Position numbers and translations under genes: made by a program. 64,000 nt of DNA from Cyanidioschyzon merolae (Eukaryota). The stretch lies in assembly GCA_000091205.1 (NCBI GenBank), contig AP006491.2, one strand, 5' to 3'. Positions 55,395 to 64,000 of the stretch are shown here, in pieces; within the stretch, counting starts at the first letter, position 1, and the number at the start of each line of letters is the position of its first letter. The notes below the pieces were generated by a model. The model saw nothing but the letters and a program-made list of their open reading frames with translations. It did not search any database and had not been told where the DNA came from.

Positions 55395-55866
55395 AGAGCC
55401 GACCAGCAAACCTCTCCACGAACTGACGACGATTCGCTGCTCGTGTACTCCTGGCTCGCGCAGCCGGTGTCCGTGTCACGCTTCACAGGGCAGACACAAC
55501 GCAGTGTTCGTGTCCTACGGAACGGTAACGGTCGAGTCAGACGTCGCGTACGACAGCAGGCAGCGCGCAAGCTTGTCTGCTGAAGCAACACCACCGCTTA
55601 ACGCACACTAGTTCGACTCGAGTGACACGCTCGAGTACGTCTCTTTGTTGTGTGTGCGTACGCATCGAGGTTTCGTGAACGTTTATAGTGCATGTTTGCA
55701 GCACCGACACTCACGGCACCCGCTCGACCGTAGCATCTAGCCAACTCGCTACGTTGCACCAGTGTCGTGCGTCACGGAACGCCACGTTGCGGAGCGCACC
55801 TGGACCCTAACGACGACTGCTGCCTGCTCATCACCGTTGCTTTATTGGAAGCACACCAATAGTTTT

Positions 55867-56508
55867 ATGGGTGCAGCGGCAGCAGCGCCTCGTTGCCTTG
55901 TGCTTGCCGGCCCTTCGGGTGTCGGCAAGGGAACCGTGCTTGCGCGTCTCAGTCAAGTGCTCCCGGACGTCTTCGGCTTCTCCGTATCGCATACGACGCG
56001 GGCACCGCGTCCTGGTGAGTGCGACGGGCGCGAATATCACTTTGTCACGGAGGAGGAGTTTCAGCGAGCCCGCGCTGAAGGCCGCTTCCTCGAAACTGCA
56101 TCCGTGCATGGTCAGTGGTACGGAACGAGCTGGGAGGCCATTGAACGTGTACGTCGCACTGGACGAATCTGCGTACTGGACATTGATGTGCAGGGCGTGC
56201 GCAGCATCCGAGCTGCAAAGCTTCCAGCGCTCGTCGTTTTCTTGCGACCGCCGAGCATGGCGGAGCTGGAGCGACGTCTCCGTGGTCGCGGGACGGAGGA
56301 CGAGGCCAAAATCCAACGCCGCCTCGAGACTGCTGCCGAAGAGCTGCGGATAGCACATGAAGAACCCTCGCTCTTCGATGCTATTATCGAGAACCAGGAT
56401 CTCGAAGAGACCTGCGCACAGATACGAAAACTGCTTGACGAGGACGTGCAGGCGCTTCGCGGTGTGCGCGAGGCTGGAGCAGCATCCGCTGCACAGCGAA
56501 CGAGTTGA
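55867..56508 (+). CDS. GUK1: guanylate kinase
   Basis: P-loop 'LVLAGPSGVGKGTVLARL'. GMP-binding 'FSVSHTTRAPRPGECDGREYHFV'. 'VLDIDVQGVRSIR' and lid 'RRLRGRGTEDEAKIQRRL'. The track start at 55762 is GTG; ATG at 55867 (MGAAAAAPRCLVLAGPSGVGKG). Confidence 0.85.
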   Translation: MGAAAAAPRCLVLAGPSGVGKGTVLARLSQVLPDVFGFSVSHTTRAPRPGECDGREYHFVTEEEFQRARAEGRFLETASVHGQWYGTSWEAIERVRRTGRICVLDIDVQGVRSIRAAKLPALVVFLRPPSMAELERRLRGRGTEDEAKIQRRLETAAEELRIAHEEPSLFDAIIENQDLEETCAQIRKLLDEDVQALRGVREAGAASAAQRTS

Positions 56509-57632
56509 AAGCATTAGTGTGTGCTATGCAGCTGGATCAGGTTTGAGCACTGAACTGGAATCTGGAAAGGCACCGTTGGAGCTGGTGTTGGATCATGAGT
56601 TCGCGTGGATGGAGCGGTAAGCGCAGACGCGTCCGGCGGTACGACAATGGGCCTTTGCACCTCATTTTCTGGATGCGAGCAGGGATCCCCTGGACTGTCG
56701 ATCGTGCAGTGGCATCAGAGAGCCTGCTGAGGCACTTGCTCTGGTCGCTTTGCTTTCATTTGTGCGCGCCAGGCCTATGCTATAGAGCTGGATGCACACG
56801 AACTCGTGCGTCATCGCGCAGGCTGATGACCTGAATCGACAGCGTGCTTATCACTTCGCTTATCATCGCGGGAGCGCATGGAATGCCTCTGGTTCAGTGC
56901 TCGATGGACCATACGGAGGCGTTGCGCTCGCCACGAGTGATTGCTCGCTTTCCTGTTATGGTGGCAACAGGATACCATGCTCTCAAACGACTGCATTAAG
57001 TAAGGGTGCTTTTTGGTATACGTGGTGTGATCCGGGAGCTGCAGGGCGCTGCGAACGCATGAGCGACAAGCGTTTGTGCTTTTTCATATAGGATAAGGAC
57101 GTACCGCTCGAATGGAGATTGCCCGAATACATCGACAATCTGATACTGACAGTACTTGTATTCGTCAAAGTCATTTATCTAGCGAACGACCTGGCGTTTT
57201 GAATAGAGCTTGACGGAATGCATAAACGAGCTGACACCTTTGGCATTCCATCTATTCGACTTCTCTTTACGACGAATAACAACGCATCCTTCAAAAAGGG
57301 ATTCCTCGAATGCGTAGACGAACTGATACCGTCCACCACTGCCAGATCCAATCTAACGCATACGAACCTACACCACGACGCGGAAACGCTGATTTACGCT
57401 ACAGAAAATGGCGGCCACACCTGCACCTTAACGCTGCACCAAACCAAGTCGCTTGGACAAACCCTATATCATAAGCGGATGAGGACGAGGCACCAGGCAC
57501 TGACGGAATCGGAAGCTTCCGCGTCCCCGAGCGCAGCGATACCCAGACTGGTCTGTTCACGGGCTCGCAAACAACACAGCCTGCTACTCGGACGTTACCC
57601 CATCGCTGGGCAACCCGCAGCACACCTGGCGT

Positions 57633-59429
57633 TCAGCGAATCGTGCCTCCTTGAATGGTGGCGGCTCGACACGGTCCTTTATCCGTCGTAAACGGAATGT
57701 CACCGTAACGAGCCTCACAAGACGGATCCGTGCTCGTGCGGAAATGTTCTGCAACTTTCTCGAATATTTTCTTCTTCGGATTCAGCTGCGCATCCGGCTG
57801 GTTATCGCGGTCTGCATCTGTACCGGGAAAGTAGACGCGGTCTCCGGGCTTGGCTCCAGGAGGCGGCTTGACGAGTTCCACTTGTGTCCCGTCGGCTGAG
57901 GTGGCGCAGAGCACCATCGCCTCGGAAACAATACCGCGCATTTTCACGGGTTTGAGGTTTGCCACCACGATACACGGCCCGAGTAGCTCTGCTGCATCGG
58001 GGATGTACTTGCGGAGGCCACTGCACACCGTAACGGGACCGCTGTCTCGACCAATATCGATTTCCTCGACATAGAGTGCGTCGGCATCGGGGTGCGGCTT
58101 TGCAGTGAGAATCTCCCCGACCCGAATATCGACGCGAGCGAGCGGAGACCGGTCCTCTTTTGTGGATGTGGGCGATGGACCAGCAGCTTTCGGTGGTGGT
58201 GCTTCAGGAGTCTTGGTTTTTGAGAGTTTCATTGCGGGAGCTGCGTTCTCCATAGACGCAGGAGGCGTCTCGTGATCGACTTGTTCAGAGCGCGTCTCTG
58301 TATCCTCTGAGGCAGCCTTTGTGGTCGACATGGTATCGGCGGCGTTTGCCTGCGCAGGTCGAGGCGATACGCTATTGTATTCCGAGTCGTTACCACTGGC
58401 ATCATCAGTGGCGCGCTTCCGCTCTCCAAGCGATGCCGTATCCGCCGCCTGTGCTTGTCCAGAACCGCCAGTCGCTGATGCCTGGCTACGGCGCTGCTTC
58501 GTGGTTGCCTTACCCCAAGCGCTTACTTGTTTTGCCCCATTTGCACTTTCGTTTGCGGTACCGATGCCGCCGCTGACGTCAACGGCATTGGCAACGGCCT
58601 CGAATGCTGCCTCTTCGTCGTCCACGTTGCTCACTGCTCGACTGCTAGCATCAGCTGATGCCTGGCGGCCCCGAGTGCCCTTGGTTTTGCGCCTCGTTCC
58701 TGAACCAGCACCCACACCTGCGCCGCTATCGCGCTCGCTGTCCTTCACCGCAGAGGTGATTCCCGCTGTGGCATCTGATGCTGCCTCGTCTGGGATGGAA
58801 CTAAACACGAGCCGTATTTCACCCGCATTCTGGTTGTCGCTGTCCGGAGACCACAGCTTATCGATCAGCGCCTCATCCTGCAAATCCAGGATCTCGTAGT
58901 CGAAGAGCGCGTGTGCCACCGGCGGAAGCACGATATGGAACGTCTCCTGGTCGCCGAATTCATGCACAGCGTGCTGTGTGAAATCAAACCAATCCCAGAG
59001 ATTCAGCATCTCCTCCGAATCGTACCTGGTTTCCGATGAACGATTCCACCGTGCAATTACCGGCCGAACGGCAAAGAGGGCGACGACGTCTGCAACGGTT
59101 AATTTGGTACCCATGAGGAAACGTTTCCTCTCCCGGTTTATCATGGACGGCAGGATCTCTTTGGCCAATCGTTCCGGATCCTCGCGCCGCAGCCTGTGCA
59201 GAAACTGTTGCACTGCTTGGCCGCGCTCCGTCACGTCAGACTTGCTTCCCCAGAGTTCAGAGTTCTCCGGGATAGCGCTTCTGCAGGTCTCAATGATCGC
59301 GTCGAGGTCAGTGTAGTCTGGTAGCGCAGTAACTTGGGAGCAGAGAGCGCGCCAGTGGGTGCGCGCTAGTGGCGGTACGCCATAGAAGGTCGTAATCGCG
59401 CCTGTATCGTACCGGTCCGTGAACATCAT
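57633..59429 (-). CDS. Arc1p/AIMP1-like aminoacyl-tRNA-synthetase cofactor: GST-like N-domain, low-complexity linker, C-terminal EMAPII/Myf tRNA-binding OB-fold
   Basis: C-terminal 'ARVDIRVGEILTAKPHPDADALYVEEIDIG...VTVCSGLRKYIPDAAELLGPCIVVANLKPVKMRGIVSEAMVLCAT...VELVKPPPGAKPGDRVYF' is the EMAPII/Arc1p tRNA-binding signature. N-terminal 'FLMGTKLTVADVVALFAVRPVI' is GST-C-like. The track's first ATG at 59729 is followed by ~100 non-protein-like codons, so a start at ATG 59429 (MMFTDRYD) is more plausible. Confidence 0.65.
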   Translation of the reverse strand: MMFTDRYDTGAITTFYGVPPLARTHWRALCSQVTALPDYTDLDAIIETCRSAIPENSELWGSKSDVTERGQAVQQFLHRLRREDPERLAKEILPSMINRERKRFLMGTKLTVADVVALFAVRPVIARWNRSSETRYDSEEMLNLWDWFDFTQHAVHEFGDQETFHIVLPPVAHALFDYEILDLQDEALIDKLWSPDSDNQNAGEIRLVFSSIPDEAASDATAGITSAVKDSERDSGAGVGAGSGTRRKTKGTRGRQASADASSRAVSNVDDEEAAFEAVANAVDVSGGIGTANESANGAKQVSAWGKATTKQRRSQASATGGSGQAQAADTASLGERKRATDDASGNDSEYNSVSPRPAQANAADTMSTTKAASEDTETRSEQVDHETPPASMENAAPAMKLSKTKTPEAPPPKAAGPSPTSTKEDRSPLARVDIRVGEILTAKPHPDADALYVEEIDIGRDSGPVTVCSGLRKYIPDAAELLGPCIVVANLKPVKMRGIVSEAMVLCATSADGTQVELVKPPPGAKPGDRVYFPGTDADRDNQPDAQLNPKKKIFEKVAEHFRTSTDPSCEARYGDIPFTTDKGPCRAATIQGGTIR

Positions 59430-60582
59430 TCGAAGTCGCAAGCAGTCACCGGGATCTGTGTTAGAGTACCTCGCTTTATTGGCGTGTTTCCGTGCGCGCA
59501 CAGTAGTACCGGGGAGCCAGCATATCTGCAGACCAGCTGCGTTCACCCTGTGGTGTACGAACGCACTCGCACAACGCATCTTGAATCGGACGCGGGCAGA
59601 AGCAGTTGCAGAGGCAGGCGCTAGCGCCGCGCCCGACCGGGCCACAATGCAGCCGCGCCAGCTTACCTCGACACCAGTCCAGTGGCAGTATCCTAGCCCG
59701 TGGCAACCCCGGAATCGACCCGCTTCCATCCTGTGTACGTCCAGCCACGCAAATGGCTTTTTTGCTCGACGCTCGAATCGGTTTCACAAGTCGTCTGTGA
59801 ACGCTCACACACCAACGGGCAAGATTCGATGCTGCGTACGCGCTCGATCAGCGCCGGAGCGGCCACGCTGAAAGGCGTCGAGCGCCCAGCACGGCCAGCG
59901 ATCTTCCGAATAAGATGAGACATAACTTCCATATACGGACCGTACCTGTTGCGGGGCATCGCGAGGCCCGCAGCAATGCTCCCCCACTAGACCGACGTTG
60001 ACGAAGGGGATCACAAAAATGCACCACCCAAGAGGTTGTGGTGCAGAATCCAAGCACCCGTTTCATTTGATGGCTTGTCAGCGCGGAGAGTGCTGCTTTC
60101 CGGCGTGCACACGGGCCCGTGTTTCACCGCTGAGCCTCTAAACGATCCGCTCGCGCGCGCACACACATACACACCCCAGGGCTGGGAGCGTGCCGGCATT
60201 GCTGCATGCATGGGTGCATGCCTGTCAGTGCCGCTTTGGATGCACGCATGAAAGATTTTGGTGTTACATCGGAATTGCCGACTATAGCTACCGGGAGGAC
60301 GCTCCGGTGTGTGCTCCAGTCTAGCGGTATCTTGCGCTTTACCGCCAGTGTAACTAACCTGTTCTGTCTGGTTCGTCGCGAAGGTGCAAAACCAGTCATG
60401 AGAGCGAGCGAGCGAGCGCATTGGAAGCGACTCGGACACCGGCGCCGCACGCCCGTTTCACTTGCAGCCCATGCATCCTGCACCGAGGAACAGCGGCTGT
60501 CATCTCAGCAGCGAGCACCGTCTCGATCACGCAGCGCAGCCATGCATCGGTTGATGCGGCTTGTAACTCTGCCCACATATAC

Positions 60583-60625
60583 ACACACACACACACAGAC
60601 ACAGACACAGACACAGACACAGACA
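60583..60625. repeat. (CA)n then (ACAGAC)n microsatellite
   Basis: cacacacacacacagacacagacacagacacagacacagacacac. Confidence 0.9.
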
Positions 60626-60879
60626 CACAGACCGATGTCAGAGCCATATGGAACAGTTGCTGTAACCTGCATCGGTCCTATGCACCAAAGCTTGAGCACC
60701 TGTTGACTGTCTACGACAACAGCTTTTGCGGGCGTTTAAGCGACGACTCCAATTCCTCTATCCAGTGTTCGGCTGTTAGATACGCAGATGTGTTCTGTCG
60801 TTCCAGCTCCATTGTCAGCAGTCGAGGGATGTTCAAATAAGCGTTCACGTCTGGATTTCGCTGCTTGCGGCCATGGTCG

Positions 60880-61600
60880 ACGCAATCATGCGCAGACGGA
60901 TGTTGCGATCTACGTTTTGCATGCCATTTTCATCTTCTTTGTATAAAGCCTCGGTGCGCCTTTCACAATGGCGACGCCTAACTGTGGTCAGGTTTCTGTG
61001 CATCTCCAACACACCTCGTCCTCCAAAGTATGCTCGGCGACGCGTCAGCGCTTGTTTCATCGCTTAGTCCATGGCCCCTAATGGGCCCAGATGCCTCCCC
61101 TCTGATATCCTCCCCCATTTCCACTCCCAGCGCAGTACCCAACGATCATGTGCTTCTTCCGGGCGATCGCTTTGGGGATGACGCTGTCTGCTGCACGCGC
61201 ATGCGTATGCTGTCGCATCCGCTGGAGGATTTGAGGATCGCGATATTGTTTTTGATGAAAAAAAAACTGAAAAGACGAACCGGTCTTGCGAACGAGTCAA
61301 GAGACCTCGACCCCTATACGCTGCCCTCGTAGAAAGCGGTGCCGCACGCTCCACCGACAGCCATCCCTCTCATCATTGAATCCCAAGTCCAAGATCCTTT
61401 TCTATGCAAACAGAATATACTAAAGCCTCTCAGAGCATTTACGTGACAGGTATCATGGTCGTGCGGAATGCGCTTTCGTCCACGGCAGCATGGAGTGTGG
61501 GGTTTGTCTTTCGAATGGAACCCATTATATGACATGAGAAGCTCAGTGGACTTTTGGTATGAGCTTGTGAACAAGTCGTCAACGGAGAGCATATATGTCT
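60880..61600. repeat. dispersed repeat element, copy B (paralogous to 32500..33200)
   Basis: See copy A. The shared segments are in the same order and orientation. Confidence 0.7.
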
Positions 61601-61744
61601 ATCTTCGACAATCCAGTAGCTTGCAAAGCTGCCTTGAGGAAAGGCAAAACATGGAGGCCTATACCTGCGAGCTAAATAGGGGTATCGATTCGTTCACAAA
61701 GTCCTGTTCGAGAGCGTCGCGAATGAACTCGTTTCCGATGACGT

Positions 61745-62335
61745 AGGGAATTCAAGTTCCAAAGAGTCAGCGAACCGAATCCGAGAAGACCACCAAACAT
61801 CCTCGAACGACTTGCAGGTCAGGAAACCCTCATTGCCGGACTTGGAATGTCGAGGCCGCACGCTTAGAATGTGCCCTGGAAAGATGCTCAAGGCCAGGAG
61901 CAGTGCGATAAGTCCAGGGCAGCAACTTCAGGTAGAACAGGTTCACAAGTTCCAAAGAGTCAGCGAACCGCATCCGAGAAGACCACCAAACATCCTCAAA
62001 CGACTTGCAGGTCAGGAAACCCTCATTGCCGGACTTGGAATGTCGAGGCCGCACGCTTAGAATGTGCCCTGGAAAGATGCTCAAGGCCAGGAGCAGTGCG
62101 ATAAGTCCAGGGCAGCAACTTCAGGTAGAACAGGTTCACAAGTTCCAAAGAGTCAGCGAACCGAATCCGAGAAGACCACCAAACATCCTCGAACGACTTG
62201 CAGGTCAGGAAACCCTCATTGCCGGACTTGGAATGTCGAGGCCGCACGCTTAGAATGTGCCCTGGAAAGATGCTCAAGGCCAGGAGCAGTGCGATAAGTC
62301 CAGGGCAGCAACTTCATGTAGAACAGGTTCAAATG
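61745..62335. repeat. tandem repeat, 193-bp unit x 3
   Basis: 'gttccaaagagtcagcgaaccg(a/c)atccgagaagaccaccaaacatcctc(g/a)aacgacttgcaggtcaggaaaccctcattgccggacttggaatgtcgaggccgcacgcttagaatgtgccctgg...' at ~61757, 61950 and 62143. The track ORFs with 193-bp spacing on both strands are artefacts. Confidence 0.9.
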
Positions 62336-62768
62336 TGTACAATGGAATCCCGCGTCGATCGCGGCGCTGGCGAGTGGCTTGTCGTTTTTTTCGAACATAG
62401 GGTTCGGTTCTCGCTGATCCCTCACGCCGTAGGCAGGCGTCTCGCGTTGCGCTGCTCGTTTCCAGGCCGCTGCTGAGCCACTTTCGGGGCACGGGCCGGT
62501 GCTATGTTTTTCAAGTCACCACGCGCACCGCTGGCTTCCGCTGTGCTTTTTCTAGGCTGGAACTTGGTGTTGTGTTTGTCGGCGGTCCCGGTGGCGCGCT
62601 TCGTCTACGAACTCCCTGTCTGGGACCTCCGGGCGGAGCGCTTAGTGGCCAGAGAAACGCGCGCTGCGCTGCTTGCGCAGCTCCAGGAGTCGGCAGCGAC
62701 GACTTCGCCGAGCTCTAGCAAGTAGCCGTGACGAGACTTGAAGCACAGGCGGCGGCCGCAACAGCTCC

Positions 62769-64000
62769 ATGCCGCCTGCTGACAACGACTCGCTCGCGGG
62801 TTTCCTGCGTCAGCGTGCCGCGATCGCTCGCGCTCGCGGTTCATCTAGAGAGGCGCAAATACTCGAGCGCTCCGCCAAGTCGCTTGAGTGCTTCCCGGTA
62901 GTTGTCGGAGACCTTCGCTCAGCCCGTCAAGTGCCCGGGGTTGGCGCGACGGCTCTGAGGCACTTGCGGGACTTGTCTGCGGAGTTCGCAGCAAGCGAAG
63001 AAGTGACGCGAAGCGCTGCGCCACCAACGGCTTGCTCGGGAGCGAGCAACACATTCCAGCAACCACAAAAGGCACTGCATGATGCTCTGCAACCCTGCAC
63101 ACGATCATCGAGCAGTACCAGCGATACCGTACATGGAAAGAATAGCTACTCGGATGCTCAGCGAGCAGAGCATTCAGCAAAGAAACATACACAAAGCGTT
63201 GATCTAAACACGCCGAGTGCCGCCACAGACAAGAGCTTGCGGCGCTATTGCCCACGCGTCGGCACTGCAGCTGCGGCACTGCTACTTGGCCTGTGGGATC
63301 TGGACGGAGGGCCAGCTACCAAGTCGGAAATCGTCAACGCAGCGCAACGCTATACCATGGTGCCGCTGGTGCGCCTTCATCGCGGCTGGAGGAATTACCA
63401 CCGGCGCGAGGCTGAGGATCACGCTTCGACGGCGCCTTTCACGTGGTATGACGGCTGGTCGTCTATGAACAGCGCCCTCATTCGACGAGGTTTGGTGGTG
63501 GTCAGCCAGTCAACGCGGCCCCGAAGCTATATGCTCACGGAGACCGGCGCTACGGTTGCGACATCCCTAATACAACGCAGGCCCGCAGTGGACGACGATA
63601 CGCAAACATCAGTGGATGATCCGGCTACGAGCCGAGTCGATGGCGCGGGAGCCGTTCCTCCGCTGGTAACGCTACGCGGTACCGCAGAGCAGCGAGTGCC
63701 GGGTCGCGATCCGCTTCGTGCTGCAACCGGCGTGCGCGAGCGCGTCCCTGCACAGTACCCAGCCTGCGGCACAGGGCATGCACACTGCCCAGCAGAGGTC
63801 CCGAGTCGGCTGCGGGTTCACCTAGTACTGGACTCGCGGGAGAAACCAGAATTCCAAGCGCTTCTGCGGCAACTGGGTATCGTGTTCTGGGTGCGTTCGT
63901 TACCAGCCGGTGACGCGCTCTGGGTTGCAAGCAAGGACGCATCCATGGAGCAGACGACCACTGCGACGCCAGGAACGACGCCTCCCGAACAAGCCCACGT
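62769..64000 (+). CDS. MUS81: crossover junction endonuclease MUS81, N-terminal ~410 aa (ORF open to window end)
   Basis: I translated this by hand from ATG 62769; there is no stop through 64000, so it is absent from the track. N-terminal HhH ('FPVVVGDLRSARQVPGVGATALRHLRD'). Winged-helix ('YCPRVGTAAAALLLGLWDLDGGPATKSEIVNAAQRY...YMLTETGATVATSL'). ERCC4 nuclease start ('RVHLVLDSREKPEFQALLRQLGIVFWVRSLPAGDALWVA'), compared with human MUS81 'YRVLLCVD..E...LLRELQRLHV....RKLHVGDFVWVA'. Confidence 0.8.
   Translation, partial: MPPADNDSLAGFLRQRAAIARARGSSREAQILERSAKSLECFPVVVGDLRSARQVPGVGATALRHLRDLSAEFAASEEVTRSAAPPTACSGASNTFQQPQKALHDALQPCTRSSSSTSDTVHGKNSYSDAQRAEHSAKKHTQSVDLNTPSAATDKSLRRYCPRVGTAAAALLLGLWDLDGGPATKSEIVNAAQRYTMVPLVRLHRGWRNYHRREAEDHASTAPFTWYDGWSSMNSALIRRGLVVVSQSTRPRSYMLTETGATVATSLIQRRPAVDDDTQTSVDDPATSRVDGAGAVPPLVTLRGTAEQRVPGRDPLRAATGVRERVPAQYPACGTGHAHCPAEVPSRLRVHLVLDSREKPEFQALLRQLGIVFWVRSLPAGDALWVASKDASMEQTTTATPGTTPPEQAH

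Noticed and set aside
1-64000. Prokaryotic interpretation, including CRISPR or operon structures
   Set aside because: The gene content is eukaryote-specific (UBA1, PEX1, VAP, MUS81). The tandem arrays have no variable spacers. Gene orientation is mixed with kb-scale intergenic regions.

Overview
This window looks like GC-rich, intron-poor eukaryotic nuclear DNA. It is not prokaryotic: UBA1 (E1), peroxin PEX1, VAP, MUS81 and an Arc1p/AIMP1-like tRNA-binding protein are all eukaryote-specific. Three genes point to a plastid-bearing host, probably an alga with a primary plastid (primary because the N-terminal extensions lack a signal peptide). These are a Mg-protoporphyrin IX methyltransferase (ChlM) with a transit-peptide-like N-terminus, a TLC-family ATP/ADP translocase (NTT) with a long N-terminal extension, and a BSD2-like DnaJ-type zinc-finger protein.

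Supported coding genes, left to right:
- beta-propeller-like protein (minus strand)
- ParA/MinD-like deviant Walker-A ATPase (plus)
- CNNM-type DUF21+CBS metal transporter (minus)
- PEX1 AAA-ATPase (plus)
- DHCR7-type sterol reductase (minus)
- 936-aa orphan protein (plus)
- VAP, an MSP-domain protein (minus)
- DnaJ-type zinc-finger protein (minus)
- UBA1 (minus)
- tandem YciI-like domain protein (plus)
- VanZ-like membrane protein (minus)
- ChlM (minus)
- NTT (minus)
- guanylate kinase (plus)
- Arc1p-like GST + EMAPII tRNA-binding protein (minus)
- MUS81 N-terminal part, running off the window end (plus)

Most genes are single uninterrupted ORFs. Several carry trinucleotide repeats in frame (polyQ, polyA).

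Non-genic space is rich in tandem DNA:
- a 164-bp satellite of about 12 units
- a 150-bp satellite of about 9 units with a 300-bp higher-order periodicity
- a 109-bp tandem of 4 copies followed by a long (CATA)n tract
- a 193-bp tandem of 3 copies
- a dispersed repeat family with two copies next to tandem arrays, plus a solo inverted satellite monomer

The most interesting locus is a roughly 2.8-kb AT-richer island at about 36.3-39.1 kb, immediately 3' of UBA1. It carries a fragmented ORF series on one strand with TnpB/Fanzor-like RuvC-I (DPGxxNxxT) and RuvC-III (DxxAAxNxxRG) motifs in the right order and spacing. This is a candidate eukaryotic OMEGA/Fanzor-type RNA-guided nuclease remnant or intron-containing gene.

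The supplied ORF track appears to call GTG/TTG starts, checked at six loci. Several listed 5' ends are artefactual extensions, so I trimmed them to the first ATG. The track also omits ORFs lacking an in-window stop, which is why MUS81 is not listed. No rRNA, convincing tRNA or CRISPR array was seen.
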